Origin: an uncultured Bacilli bacterium
GTDB lineage: Bacteria > Bacillota_I > Bacilli_A > RF39 > UBA660
Length of the DNA: 64,000 nt
Reading direction: 5' to 3'
Assembly: GCA_934101495.1 (NCBI GenBank)
Contig: CAKORG010000001.1
Span: forward strand, 8,214 to 72,213
Shown piece after piece: positions 38,421 through 48,043 of this stretch (positions are counted from its first letter, which is position 1; each line of letters starts with the position of its first letter). Both the position numbers and the translations under genes were made by a program. A model generated the notes under the pieces. It saw only the letters and a program-made list of their open reading frames with translations. It had not been told where the DNA came from and made no database searches.

Positions 38421-39890
38421 TTAGAATTTTCCACTACGTCCATCTCCACCGCCGCCATTTTCCGATTTACTTTTAGCCTTATTCTTTTCAGTTGTTGTAC
38501 CATCTGACAACTTTTTAGGTGAACATTTACTTTCATCACTAGGATTTAGTATACAATCTCTACATCCGCGATATTTGTTTGATATCTCAGTTGTACCATC
38601 TATTAAACTTAGGAAAAAGTCTAGCACTGTTGGTATGAAAAATATTATTAGACCAATGAGAACTTTTTTAGCAAATTGTACTGTTGCATCTTTCATTGCT
38701 TTATCGTCTCCACTTAATGACGCTTTTCCCAGGTCTATACTTCCCAATACTATTAATATTATTGGCACTAATATTTTGATAACTATTATAATATATCCTA
38801 TTACTTGGAATACCAGTAAAGATGTACTATCGTTAGAACAAAGGTTGACTTGCGTTATTCCTAGTTTTTCCAAATCTTTTTTTGTATTATCAACTGGGTC
38901 ATCAGCTCTTTTATCCGCACTATCAGATGGTTTTGGATAATTTTTGTAATCATCTGTTGTAGGACTATCATATGTTGTTAAATAGACATAAAACGAACCT
39001 AAATTGTCAACTTCTAATAATGTTATATCATCAGGAAAAGTATTGTTTTCTAAAAATAGAAAATCAAAATCTTTATCTCTAACCATGAAATTATACATTT
39101 TATAGGTTACTACATCACTATTTGTTCCGAAATTTGCTATGTACATCGTTTGGGAAAAATCATTCTTTGAAATATTGAAATAGTAACTTTTACCCTTTTC
39201 TCTTTGAACAACACCCAACTCAATATCGAATTTTCCTTTATAAAGGTCCGTTGTTTTTTGATATTTTTTACATGCAATTGCATTACTTTCTTTACAATTA
39301 TTATTATTATTATTATTATTATCCGAGTTATTATCATTACTATTATCACTTATTGAGCTTATCGTAATATTTTTAGAATTACTTTCATAATAATTAGTAT
39401 CATAAACAATATATTCGTCATTTTTATTTTTGTATAAATATATTTCTGGACAACCTTGCTTCTTATCATAATATTGAAAAAAGTTTTCAAGGTAAAAATA
39501 GTCTTTATAAACAAAGTCATAGTTGGCCACTTTGTGAGTTCCATCATGAGATTTTTCTGTTATTTTATTATTTTTATATGTAACATAAGAAACAGTGTGA
39601 ACTTCCTTTTCATTATTATAATCATAACTTACTTCAAATTTATTTTCATCAATAGTAAATGTCATTGAATTTAATCTCTCAATATTTAATTTTTTTAAAT
39701 CATATTTACATACAGTTGTATTTGTAGTAGTATTACTTGATTGCCCACTTGGCTGAGTTGTTTTTTTTGCTATTGCTGGGTTACTAAATCCACTTGCAGC
39801 GGTATAATAGCAATCATAAGTTTTAGCTCCCACCGCTAAAGGAAGTAATACATATACAAAAAAACTAAAAATCAATAATTTACTTTTCAT
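38421..39890 (-). CDS. large secreted protein: signal peptide, about 330-aa N/D/K-rich extracytoplasmic region with a poly-Asn tract, plus the conserved C-terminal two-TM Cys-tail module shared with the 144-aa protein
   Basis: 489 aa; C-terminal NLCSNDSTSLLVFQVIGYIIIVIKILVPIILIVLGSIDLGKASLSGDDK...KVLIGLIIFFIPTVLDFFLSLIDGT...YRGCRDCILNPSDESKC aligns with 6415..6849. Confidence 0.6.
   Translation of the reverse strand: MKSKLLIFSFFVYVLLPLAVGAKTYDCYYTAASGFSNPAIAKKTTQPSGQSSNTTTNTTVCKYDLKKLNIERLNSMTFTIDENKFEVSYDYNNEKEVHTVSYVTYKNNKITEKSHDGTHKVANYDFVYKDYFYLENFFQYYDKKQGCPEIYLYKNKNDEYIVYDTNYYESNSKNITISSISDNSNDNNSDNNNNNNNNCKESNAIACKKYQKTTDLYKGKFDIELGVVQREKGKSYYFNISKNDFSQTMYIANFGTNSDVVTYKMYNFMVRDKDFDFLFLENNTFPDDITLLEVDNLGSFYVYLTTYDSPTTDDYKNYPKPSDSADKRADDPVDNTKKDLEKLGITQVNLCSNDSTSLLVFQVIGYIIIVIKILVPIILIVLGSIDLGKASLSGDDKAMKDATVQFAKKVLIGLIIFFIPTVLDFFLSLIDGTTEISNKYRGCRDCILNPSDESKCSPKKLSDGTTTEKNKAKSKSENGGGGDGRSGKF
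39297..39320. repeat. (ATT)8 trinucleotide microsatellite (coding-strand AAT = Asn8) inside the 489-aa gene
   Basis: Perfect att x8 seen directly. Confidence 0.8.
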
Positions 39891-39941
39891 TTGAACTCAC
39901 CTATCTTATAGAATTATTATATCAGTTTTTTTTGTTATAAT

Positions 39942-40709
39942 CTAGTCCCTATTTTGAATTTTTTCAATATCCCTTAAAGGGAATCCTTTTTTATATAAAT
40001 TATATTTTAATTTTGTTTCTAATTCTTTGTTTTGATATTTTTTACTTAATCTATTATATTCTTTATGATATTCTTTTTTTAAAATACCATTATTATCTTC
40101 AATATCTATGCTGTTTATAACGCTATTTATCATATCTTTATCATATCCCAAATTTGTTAAATCATTCTTCAGTTTTAAAATAAGATTACTCTTACTGAGT
40201 TTCTTATTACTGACAATTTTTTTATTGACTATCTTTTTTACTTTATCCTTCCATATGTTTTTATCAATATCATTTATGTTGCTTTCTATTAATTCCGAAT
40301 TTAATCCTATTTTTTCTAATTCTTTTTTTATATAAATTGGTCCTTTGGTACCCAAATTCATTTGGTCATTAATATAACTTTTTATATATTTTTCTTCATT
40401 TAAATAACCTAATTCTTCTAGTTTATCAATTACTTTATTTTTAATCTCTCTTGAATATTCCTTTAACTTGTTCTCTAATTCCTTTTTTGTTCTTTGCTTA
40501 AAACTTATCAATTTTAAAGATTTGTTAAATGCTTCATAATAGTTATTATAATCAATTATTTCTTTAAATTCTAAGTCTGTTAGATTTGTTGGTTTTAATA
40601 GATTGTATTTAATTAAAGTATCACTATAAAACTCTAGCTGAGTATTATCACCTAGAGTTATTATATATTTGTTATTTTTCTTTTTTATATTAGATATTTT
40701 CTTCATCAT
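39942..40709 (-). CDS. recX: recombination regulator RecX
   Basis: N-terminus MMKKISNIKKKNNKYIITLGDNTQLEF parallels B. subtilis RecX (MPFITKISTQKRNTERFNVYLDEKYAF); three-helix repeat region LGYLNEEKYIKSYINDQMNLGTKGPIYIKKELEKIGL. Start revised to ATG 40709; the track start at 40730 overlaps nrnA by 40 nt. Confidence 0.7.
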   Translation of the reverse strand: MMKKISNIKKKNNKYIITLGDNTQLEFYSDTLIKYNLLKPTNLTDLEFKEIIDYNNYYEAFNKSLKLISFKQRTKKELENKLKEYSREIKNKVIDKLEELGYLNEEKYIKSYINDQMNLGTKGPIYIKKELEKIGLNSELIESNINDIDKNIWKDKVKKIVNKKIVSNKKLSKSNLILKLKNDLTNLGYDKDMINSVINSIDIEDNNGILKKEYHKEYNRLSKKYQNKELETKLKYNLYKKGFPLRDIEKIQNRD

Positions 40710-41655
40710 TATATGTTTTACATGTTGCATCTAAATCTTTTGCTAGAGCTTCAATTACTTTATAATCACTAGTTCGACATCCAGATGCAAATTTATGTCC
40801 TCCCCCATTATATTGTGCCACTACTTCGTTGATAACTGGTCCACGACTTCTGATATTTGCTTTATAAATATCATTTCTTTCATCATACACTACGAACATC
40901 CAACACATAAGTTCTTTAATGAAATAGAAATCATTAACTTGATTTGATACACTTGTTGGTTCAACGTTAAATTTCTTTAAGTCTTCACTTGGTACAAAGA
41001 TAAAACCAAATCTATTTTCAGTTATTTCTATATTATTTATGAGATATGCACGAAATTTTTCTTCGTTTATGCTTCTTTCATATAAATTATCATAAAGATT
41101 TACAAAGTTTATATTACTTGTTTTGACAAGTTCGTATGCTGTTTTTAAAGTTTCAACGCTTGTGTTTGGTAGTAAAAATCTGTCACTGTCAAAAACCATA
41201 CCTATATATAAATCTTCAGCTATTTTAGTGTCCATTGCAAGTGGACTATAAAGAAGAAGTTCTGCAATCATTTCACATGTACTGGATTTAGTTGAGTCAG
41301 TCCAGTCAACATCACCAACGATGTCTTCAGCTGGGTGATGATCAATTTTTAAAATAGCATCGTATTCTAATCCGTTTATACCATCTACTCTGTAAAAGTT
41401 TGGAACATCAAGCACAATTAATAAAGAATTTGTTAAAGTACTTAAATCAGGTTTATCAAGAGCTCCTAAATATTTAAATTTATGAACTCCTGCACCTACT
41501 GCATATACTTCTTTATTCGGAAATGTTAATTTAATTGAGTCCCTTAAAGCTATTTGACTTGCTATAGCATCAGGATCTGGGCTAATATGACGAGCTAATA
41601 CTATTTTGTCATATTTTTTGATTATCTTAATTATTTTTTTGTACATTTCCTTCAT
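40690..41655 (-). CDS. nrnA: DHH-family oligoribonuclease / pAp phosphatase NrnA
   Basis: 321 aa; DHH motif region ARHISPDPDAIASQ..., DHHP, C-terminal GGGHKFASG (DHHA1). Confidence 0.8.
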   Translation of the reverse strand: MKEMYKKIIKIIKKYDKIVLARHISPDPDAIASQIALRDSIKLTFPNKEVYAVGAGVHKFKYLGALDKPDLSTLTNSLLIVLDVPNFYRVDGINGLEYDAILKIDHHPAEDIVGDVDWTDSTKSSTCEMIAELLLYSPLAMDTKIAEDLYIGMVFDSDRFLLPNTSVETLKTAYELVKTSNINFVNLYDNLYERSINEEKFRAYLINNIEITENRFGFIFVPSEDLKKFNVEPTSVSNQVNDFYFIKELMCWMFVVYDERNDIYKANIRSRGPVINEVVAQYNGGGHKFASGCRTSDYKVIEALAKDLDATCKTYNDEENI

Positions 41656-41672
41656 TTTATCACTCTTTCTAA

Positions 41673-42869
41673 TTAGTTATTTTTGTTCTTTAATTCCATT
41701 GTATCCATGGCAATCATTAATTCTTCATCTGTTGGTACAACATAAACTGGAATTTTTGAGTCATCTGTTGAAATAAGACGGAATTCTCCACGGAAATCAT
41801 TTCTTTCATCATCTAATTTAACACCTAAAGATGCAATTTTTTCAATAATTGATTTACGCATTGTTTTACTGTTTTCACCAACACCTGCAGTTAAAGTAAT
41901 TACATCTGCTCCGCCAAGTAAATTATTATACATTGCTATATAATTAGCTATCTTTTTAGCATACATTTCTTGTGCTAATATTGCTCTTTCATTTCCTTCT
42001 TTTGCAGCATTTTCAACATCTCTTGAGTCACTACTTACTCCACTTACACCTAAAAGTCCGCTCTTTTTATTTAAGTCATTTGTAAGTTCTTCAAGTGTTT
42101 TGCCTGTTTTTCCTTCTAAATATGATAACATTGATGCATCAATATCACCACTACGAGTTCCCATCATGATACCTGCAAGTGGTGTAAATCCCATAGATGT
42201 ATCAACTACCTTTCCAGAATCAATAGCTGTTATAGAACCACCATTACCGATATGACAAGAAATAACTTTTAAATCATTTCTGCCAAAATATTCACTAATT
42301 GTTTTATTAATGAATCTATGACTAGTGCCATGGAAACCATATTTTCTAACACCATATTTTTCATACCATTCATATGGTACTGGATATAGATATTCAGCTT
42401 CTTTCATTGTTGTATGAAAGGCTGTGTCAAATACACCAACTTGAATTGTATTTGGTAAAGCCTTCATAAATGCTTTTACACCCATTATATTGGCTGGATT
42501 ATGAAGTGGTGCAAGTTCATTATATTTAGAAACTCTTTCTAGTACATCTTCTGTTAATACAACTGACTCTGTGAATTCTTGTCCACCATGAACCATACGA
42601 TGTCCCACTCCTTCAATTTCATCTAATGAGCTTATTATCCCCATATCAATAAGTTCATTCATTAGTATTTGTACGGCAACTGAATGGTCTCTCAAATCAA
42701 CTTCTTTAGTTATTTTTTCTCCATTATATTTTATTGTGTAGCAGGAGCCGTTAATTCCGATTTTTTCAAATAATCCGCTTGCTACAACATTTTTTTCTGG
42801 TAGTTCAATTAATGTAAATTTTAATGATGAACTACCTGCATTTACTGCTAATATTTTCATTTCTTTCAC
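41673..42869 (-). CDS. ackA: acetate kinase
   Basis: 398 aa; MKILAVNAGSSSLKF N-terminus and conserved acetate/propionate kinase motifs. Confidence 0.93.
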   Translation of the reverse strand: MKEMKILAVNAGSSSLKFTLIELPEKNVVASGLFEKIGINGSCYTIKYNGEKITKEVDLRDHSVAVQILMNELIDMGIISSLDEIEGVGHRMVHGGQEFTESVVLTEDVLERVSKYNELAPLHNPANIMGVKAFMKALPNTIQVGVFDTAFHTTMKEAEYLYPVPYEWYEKYGVRKYGFHGTSHRFINKTISEYFGRNDLKVISCHIGNGGSITAIDSGKVVDTSMGFTPLAGIMMGTRSGDIDASMLSYLEGKTGKTLEELTNDLNKKSGLLGVSGVSSDSRDVENAAKEGNERAILAQEMYAKKIANYIAMYNNLLGGADVITLTAGVGENSKTMRKSIIEKIASLGVKLDDERNDFRGEFRLISTDDSKIPVYVVPTDEELMIAMDTMELKNKNN

Positions 42870-42886
42870 CTCTTCTTCTATTATAC

Positions 42887-42916
42887 AAAAAAAAGATAGA
42901 TTAATCTATCTTTTTT
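42887..42916. terminator. bidirectional terminator: perfect palindrome AAGATAGATTAATCTATCTT flanked by A8 and T6
   Basis: Seen directly between the NUDIX gene stop and the ackA start. Confidence 0.55.
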
Positions 42917-42929
42917 AATATTTTTTTAC

Positions 42930-43334
42930 TCATTTTATTAATTTTCTACTTAAACAATATGGCACTACTTCATTTTTTAAGGTATTTGATAATATATCAG
43001 TTCCAATACTGCTTTCGTACCATAAAAAGTTTTCTATTTCTTCTGATAAAGTGAGATTACCTTCAAGAGTGCCATTATATTTAAATACATAAAAATGTAT
43101 TGGCGTTTTTCCATCACTTGTTGCTATTTCATCAAATTCCATTACTAATTCAAATAAATTCTCATCAAATATTGCTTTTTCACCTAATTCTTCATGACAT
43201 TCTCTTTTGGCTGCTGCAAGTGGAGTTTCCCCATCTTCTACTTTTCCACCAATCATTTGATATGTTGGTCTCTTTCTCGGTTTATCAATCAATACCTTTT
43301 CATCTTTGAAGAACATTGTACCTACGACATTCAT
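42930..43334 (-). CDS. NUDIX hydrolase
   Basis: 134 aa; Nudix box GGKVEDGETPLAAAKRECHEELGE. Confidence 0.8.
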   Translation of the reverse strand: MNVVGTMFFKDEKVLIDKPRKRPTYQMIGGKVEDGETPLAAAKRECHEELGEKAIFDENLFELVMEFDEIATSDGKTPIHFYVFKYNGTLEGNLTLSEEIENFLWYESSIGTDILSNTLKNEVVPYCLSRKLIK

Positions 43335-43340
43335 ATTATT

Positions 43341-44021
43341 TTATCCTTCCTTATTATTTTTCTTACGTATATCTAGTTCTTTAAAAAATACTTGAAATTT
43401 AGGAAAAGCATTTTTTATACGTCGATATAATATACTATTATCTTTAAACCATTTTTCAATATATTGTTTTATTTTTTCGGTATTGTCTTTTCGTTCACTT
43501 TTAATCTTGCCTTTTATTTTAAATAAAATATACGTCGATATAATATTATCGATTACATAAATAACAAATATTGTAATTGCTACCCAAAATAGTGCTGTAG
43601 GAGATAATTTATCAACAAGCTTAATAACTGCAGGATGCAAAACATAAATAATAAGTGATGCAAGTAGACCAAACGGGATCATTGTTTCTAAACAAATTCT
43701 ACCATTTATATTAAATCTTTTGTTTGAGTAATCCCACCATCTAACATTGTATATTTTTTCCATAAAATAGCTAGTAAAGTATTCTAGAAGTGAACATATT
43801 AAAATTGCTTTTAAAAATACGCTAAGAATATCACTTGTATTATTTCCCACTACTAATATGATAGCTAGGCACCCCCATCCGTATATCGGACAATAAGGGC
43901 CTATTAAAAATCCTCTGTTTACAAATTTATGCTTATTCCATAGAGATGTGCATACCTCCATAACCCATCCTAAAAATGAGTAAATAATAAAATATAAAAA
44001 ATACTTATAAATTATTTCCAT
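43341..44021 (-). CDS. DUF1113 / CmpB-like polytopic membrane protein (putative ABC-transporter type IV family)
   Basis: Conserved GW..E.....NRGFLIGPYCPIYG motif. Start revised to ATG 44021 (MEIIYKYFLYF...) with RBS AGAGAGG; the track start at 44054 adds 11 residues. Confidence 0.55.
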   Translation of the reverse strand: MEIIYKYFLYFIIYSFLGWVMEVCTSLWNKHKFVNRGFLIGPYCPIYGWGCLAIILVVGNNTSDILSVFLKAILICSLLEYFTSYFMEKIYNVRWWDYSNKRFNINGRICLETMIPFGLLASLIIYVLHPAVIKLVDKLSPTALFWVAITIFVIYVIDNIISTYILFKIKGKIKSERKDNTEKIKQYIEKWFKDNSILYRRIKNAFPKFQVFFKELDIRKKNNKEG

Positions 44022-44423
44022 AAAAACCTGCCTCTCTATCTTAGAACAAAACATAAATTTCCAACAATGTAAGTCTTATGTTATATCACAATTGCACTCT
44101 TTGCTTTCAATGAAAACCTGTGTTTCTCACCAAGATTAATATTGAATGATTAAGACTCTACTACTTATATTTATTTTGCTCTTGTTTTCATTATACATTC
44201 TTTCATAGAGATTTTCAAGCTTTTCTACATTTTCACATATCTTACTTTCCACTAAAATGAAAAACAATTTTTTTATCAATCATTGTTTTCATTCTGCGGT
44301 TGGATATATTCTGAATTTATATATTTTTATTTTCGAAGTTTAATTTCACAAAATTTGGATGACTTTCTTAGTATATAAAAAAAAGATAAATTGTTTTTTA
44401 TCTTTTCAAACGAATTTTTTTGT

Positions 44424-44987
44424 TTAGTCATTTTTTTGGTATTTGCATCTAGCTCTTTTGAGTTCAGCACTCTCTCTTTGCTCAAAGTACATATTTATAT
44501 CTTCTAAAACACTTTTTTCAGCACAATTTCTATCGTATAGATAATATATACTTTTCAATCTTTCTTCCGCTATTTTTTTATTTGCGGATAAGCTGTCGAT
44601 ATTTTTCCTGATAGTTTCTCTTCTTTGTTCTGTGCTTTCAATTTCTTTTTTTATAATTATTTTAGCTACTTTTATAAATTTTGGCATCTTACAAACATAA
44701 AGAGCAATAAAAAGATATAGTATTATACCTAAAGAAAAGATATTGTTAATGACGAATATACAAATGAGTAATAATGTGCTTATACTAAAGTCATTTATAA
44801 CAATATCCCTTTGAAAAAGCATCTTATTAGAGTAATCAGTTGTTTTTTTTAATTTTTCCATTTCAATATCCAGTTTGGATTCTATTTCTAATAAATATTC
44901 TTTGGCACTATCTTTTTGACTTTCTAATTCTAATATTAATTTGTTTAATTCTTGCCTTCTATCGGCATTTTTTTTGTTTATATCCAT
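44424..44987 (-). CDS. hypothetical protein: coiled-coil plus central TM hairpin
   Basis: 187 aa; charged helical N- and C-terminal regions flanking FSISTLLLICIFVINNIFSLGIILYLFIALYV. Confidence 0.45.
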   Translation of the reverse strand: MDINKKNADRRQELNKLILELESQKDSAKEYLLEIESKLDIEMEKLKKTTDYSNKMLFQRDIVINDFSISTLLLICIFVINNIFSLGIILYLFIALYVCKMPKFIKVAKIIIKKEIESTEQRRETIRKNIDSLSANKKIAEERLKSIYYLYDRNCAEKSVLEDINMYFEQRESAELKRARCKYQKND

Positions 44988-45057
44988 TTTTCAATCCCTC
45001 GAGTGCCTAGATATAATATACCTTTTTTAGTATATTGTCAAGTAGATTTTATATTGC

Positions 45058-45474
45058 TTACAAATATGATTTCCATGATTTGATTTGAAACTCTAAAAGT
45101 TCTAATAATTCTTCAGCAAGTTCAGTTACTTTTTTATCTGTTTCAGAGTTAAGTATTTCTTCCACCTTGATAATCCCTTTGTTGGTACCTTCAGTTAACA
45201 TTTTAGCTATTTTTGAGTCATCACATTTAAGTAGTTCAATTCCTGTATAAATTTCATTAAACATTTTAATAATTATGTTTATTTCTGTTGGTTCTTCACC
45301 AAGTTCTTTTAACATATTTGTAATATCCATCTTATTTACCATGTATTTTTTCTTGGCATCACTCATAGTTTTAGCTAATGCTTTATCCTCGATATGTCCT
45401 TTTACTTCATCAATACCTATTATTCCCATTGTAACTATTTTATATAGTTCATTTAATGCTTCTACATCATACAT
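45058..45474 (-). CDS. hypothetical cytoplasmic alpha-helical protein
   Basis: 138 aa; downstream of RNase J; no recognisable motif. Confidence 0.4.
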   Translation of the reverse strand: MYDVEALNELYKIVTMGIIGIDEVKGHIEDKALAKTMSDAKKKYMVNKMDITNMLKELGEEPTEINIIIKMFNEIYTGIELLKCDDSKIAKMLTEGTNKGIIKVEEILNSETDKKVTELAEELLELLEFQIKSWKSYL

Positions 45475-45479
45475 TTAAA

Positions 45480-45510
45480 AATCACCCATTTATAGTATGA
45501 GTGATTTTTT
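45480..45510 (-). terminator. possible terminator or processing hairpin after rnj (AATCAC-15 nt loop-GTGATT)
   Basis: Hairpin seen directly; the T-run is on the plus-strand side only, so function is uncertain. Confidence 0.3.
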
Positions 45511-45515
45511 CAATA

Positions 45516-47150
45516 TTATACCTCTTGAACAACTGCAATTATCATTGGTTTACATTCTGTTTGTTCATATAAGTATCTACTTAGTTCTTCTCTTATTTCA
45601 ACTTTTATTTGATTAAAATCAATGTATTTTGGTGTTATATTTCTATTAATAATGGCTTCACATATAACTTTTATTTCTTTAATCATGTCTGCAGAATCTT
45701 TAACATAGATAAATCCACGAGTAGTAACTTCTGGACCCACAAGTAAAACTTTATCTTTCTTGTCAACTGTGGCACTAATTAGTACTATACCATTTTCAGA
45801 AAGCATTTCTCTATCTTTGATAACTAAATCACCGATATCATCATTACTTGTTCCATCTATTAAAACATCATCTACTTTAATTCTAGCAAAATTATCTATA
45901 AGTTTACCATTTTCAAATGTTACAACATCTCCATTTTGTTTAAGTAAAATGTTACTATCTGGAATTCCTAAGTTACTTGCTAGATTAGCATTATTTACCA
46001 TGTAACGATATTCACCTTTAACTGGCATATAGAATTTTGGATTTATTAGTTTAATCATTAACATTAAATCTTCACGAGATGCATGATGTAGTATTTCTTT
46101 TTCTTTATCAATAGTTTCAATATCACATCCAAACTTTGAAAGTTCATTTTGAAGTTTTACTAAAACTTTTTCTGTACTGTCATAACGTGGTTCAGCAAAA
46201 ACTATTGTATCTGTTGGTTTTAATGTTATAAATTTGTCATAGCCATTTAGAATTTTATTCATGTTAGCATATGGGGTTGTTCTATCATCCATTACTAAAA
46301 GAATGGCATTGTCATCATTAATATTTGATAAATCACCTAGTAATTCTTCATTATAATGCATATATCCTTCTTTACTGGCAAAGTTTAAAACATTTTGAAG
46401 TCTTTTTCCCATTAAAACTATTTTACGATGGGAATTTGCTGCTGCTTCAAATATTTCAGATATTGTGTATAAATGAGTTGGCAATACAGAAAAAATAATT
46501 CTTTTGTCATGATGTTTTATGACATCTTCAAAAAAACTTACAAGTCTGTGTTTCGGAGATGTATGGCCATTTTTTTCTGCAAAGGAAGACTCACATAATA
46601 AACATAATACTCCTTGTTTACCAATATAAGCAATTTTACCTATATCCATATCATAAGCTCCTTGCATGCTTGGGTCAATTACGAAATCTCCAGTATAACA
46701 TATTGCTCCATCTTTAGTATTTACAACATACATAACTGCATCTGGTACAGAATGTGATACAGAAATTGGAAATATAGAAACATTACCAAAATTAATTTTC
46801 TTATGTGGTTTAATTAATTCAATATTATTTTCATTTACACCATCTTCCATAAGTTCAAATTTAGTATATTTTGTTGCGTATACCTTTAACGCTGGAATAT
46901 CTTTTAAAAGGTCGCGGACAGCTCCCATATTTTCTGGATGTCCATGGGTTATAAACAAACCTTTAATTCTTTTTTTATTTTTAACTAGATAACTAAAATC
47001 CGGCATTATGTAGTCAATTCCTAGCAAATTTCCACTTGCAAATTTTATTCCGGCATCAAAAACATATATTTCGTCATCTACTTCAATTACATAGGAATTC
47101 TTCCCACTTTCAGAAAGTCCTCCCAAACCAAAAATCTTTATTTTACTCAT
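45516..47150 (-). CDS. rnj: ribonuclease J (metallo-beta-lactamase / beta-CASP RNase)
   Basis: 544 aa; MSKIKIFGLGGLSESGKNSYVIEVDDEIYVFDAGIKF..., HGHPENMGAV metal-binding motif. Confidence 0.9.
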   Translation of the reverse strand: MSKIKIFGLGGLSESGKNSYVIEVDDEIYVFDAGIKFASGNLLGIDYIMPDFSYLVKNKKRIKGLFITHGHPENMGAVRDLLKDIPALKVYATKYTKFELMEDGVNENNIELIKPHKKINFGNVSIFPISVSHSVPDAVMYVVNTKDGAICYTGDFVIDPSMQGAYDMDIGKIAYIGKQGVLCLLCESSFAEKNGHTSPKHRLVSFFEDVIKHHDKRIIFSVLPTHLYTISEIFEAAANSHRKIVLMGKRLQNVLNFASKEGYMHYNEELLGDLSNINDDNAILLVMDDRTTPYANMNKILNGYDKFITLKPTDTIVFAEPRYDSTEKVLVKLQNELSKFGCDIETIDKEKEILHHASREDLMLMIKLINPKFYMPVKGEYRYMVNNANLASNLGIPDSNILLKQNGDVVTFENGKLIDNFARIKVDDVLIDGTSNDDIGDLVIKDREMLSENGIVLISATVDKKDKVLLVGPEVTTRGFIYVKDSADMIKEIKVICEAIINRNITPKYIDFNQIKVEIREELSRYLYEQTECKPMIIAVVQEV

Positions 47151-47220
47151 ATATTATCACCTTCATTTAAAAAAAATAAGTTCTTCGGTAAATAGATTAT
47201 ACCAAAAAACTTAAATTAAA

Positions 47221-47997
47221 TCAATCTCTTTCTTCACTCAGCATTTTACTTAATGAAATAATGTCCAAATCTTTGTAAATAATACTATTAATTAATATCT
47301 TAATATTTTTAACATCTGCATTCTTTTCTACGTAGTATATGTCACCTGCTTCAATAGAATTTTTTAATGTTATGAAAGTGTTATTATTTAATATTTTATC
47401 TGTTTTAACTAGATATTTTTGATTTTTCCGACACAATTCTTCATTCTTACTCGACACGTAACAGATATGTGTATTATTACTATATTTATTAATCAAAGAT
47501 TCTAAATCTTTATATTTACTTACATCGTTGTTAATTTGTTCCATCTTTTCATTTTTATTAAAATTATTAATATTTACTAAGATGCTGCCATCAATATTGT
47601 TTTCTTTGAAATAATTTATTATATTCTCATTATATTCAATTACAAATGATACGCTTTTTTTGTAACGATTTCCTTTGTTTACAATTTTATCTTTGTTATT
47701 TTCAAGGGTTATTTCTGGATATGACGTATCAAAAATTAAATAGTATGAGTTGAAAGCATTTAAGTCTTTCATGTTATAAAAGCTATTTTTGACGTTTACT
47801 ACTTTTCCATTTAGTCCGGGAGTTATATAATTATCAACTATTTCAGCATTCACAAAAGATTCATTATAATCTTGTTCTTCACTTTTAATTTTCTGATAAA
47901 TTTCACTATTTTCGAGGGTAAGATTTGCTATTTTTTCTGTGTAAATAAAACTAAAAGCTGCAATGGCAAGTATTCCAATATTACGAAAATGTTTCAC
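47221..47997 (-). CDS. hypothetical secreted/membrane-anchored protein
   Basis: 258 aa; N-terminal hydrophobic ILAIAAFSFIY; Asn/Lys-rich; canonical NodB deacetylase motifs looked for but absent. Confidence 0.4.
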   Translation of the reverse strand: MKHFRNIGILAIAAFSFIYTEKIANLTLENSEIYQKIKSEEQDYNESFVNAEIVDNYITPGLNGKVVNVKNSFYNMKDLNAFNSYYLIFDTSYPEITLENNKDKIVNKGNRYKKSVSFVIEYNENIINYFKENNIDGSILVNINNFNKNEKMEQINNDVSKYKDLESLINKYSNNTHICYVSSKNEELCRKNQKYLVKTDKILNNNTFITLKNSIEAGDIYYVEKNADVKNIKILINSIIYKDLDIISLSKMLSEERD

Positions 47998-48043
47998 TTT
48001 AAAATCACCTTAATTAAGTATATGCCCCTGAAAAAAGAAGATG

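Noticed and set aside
38575-39668. Antisense ORFs within the 489-aa gene (38575..38940, 39137..39349, 39359..39547, 39456..39668)
   Set aside because: Products of AT-rich or microsatellite sequence (poly-Ile/Lys); no start context; overlapped by a gene with clear paralog support
42887-42916. Interpreting the AAGATAGATTAATCTATCTT palindrome as a regulator operator
   Set aside because: It lies directly after a stop codon and is flanked by A8 and T6, which fits a bidirectional intrinsic terminator better
47221-47997. Calling the 258-aa protein a polysaccharide deacetylase (PdaB/YlxY-like)
   Set aside because: The NodB motifs (TFDDG, H-S/T-xxH) are not present; the function is left unassigned
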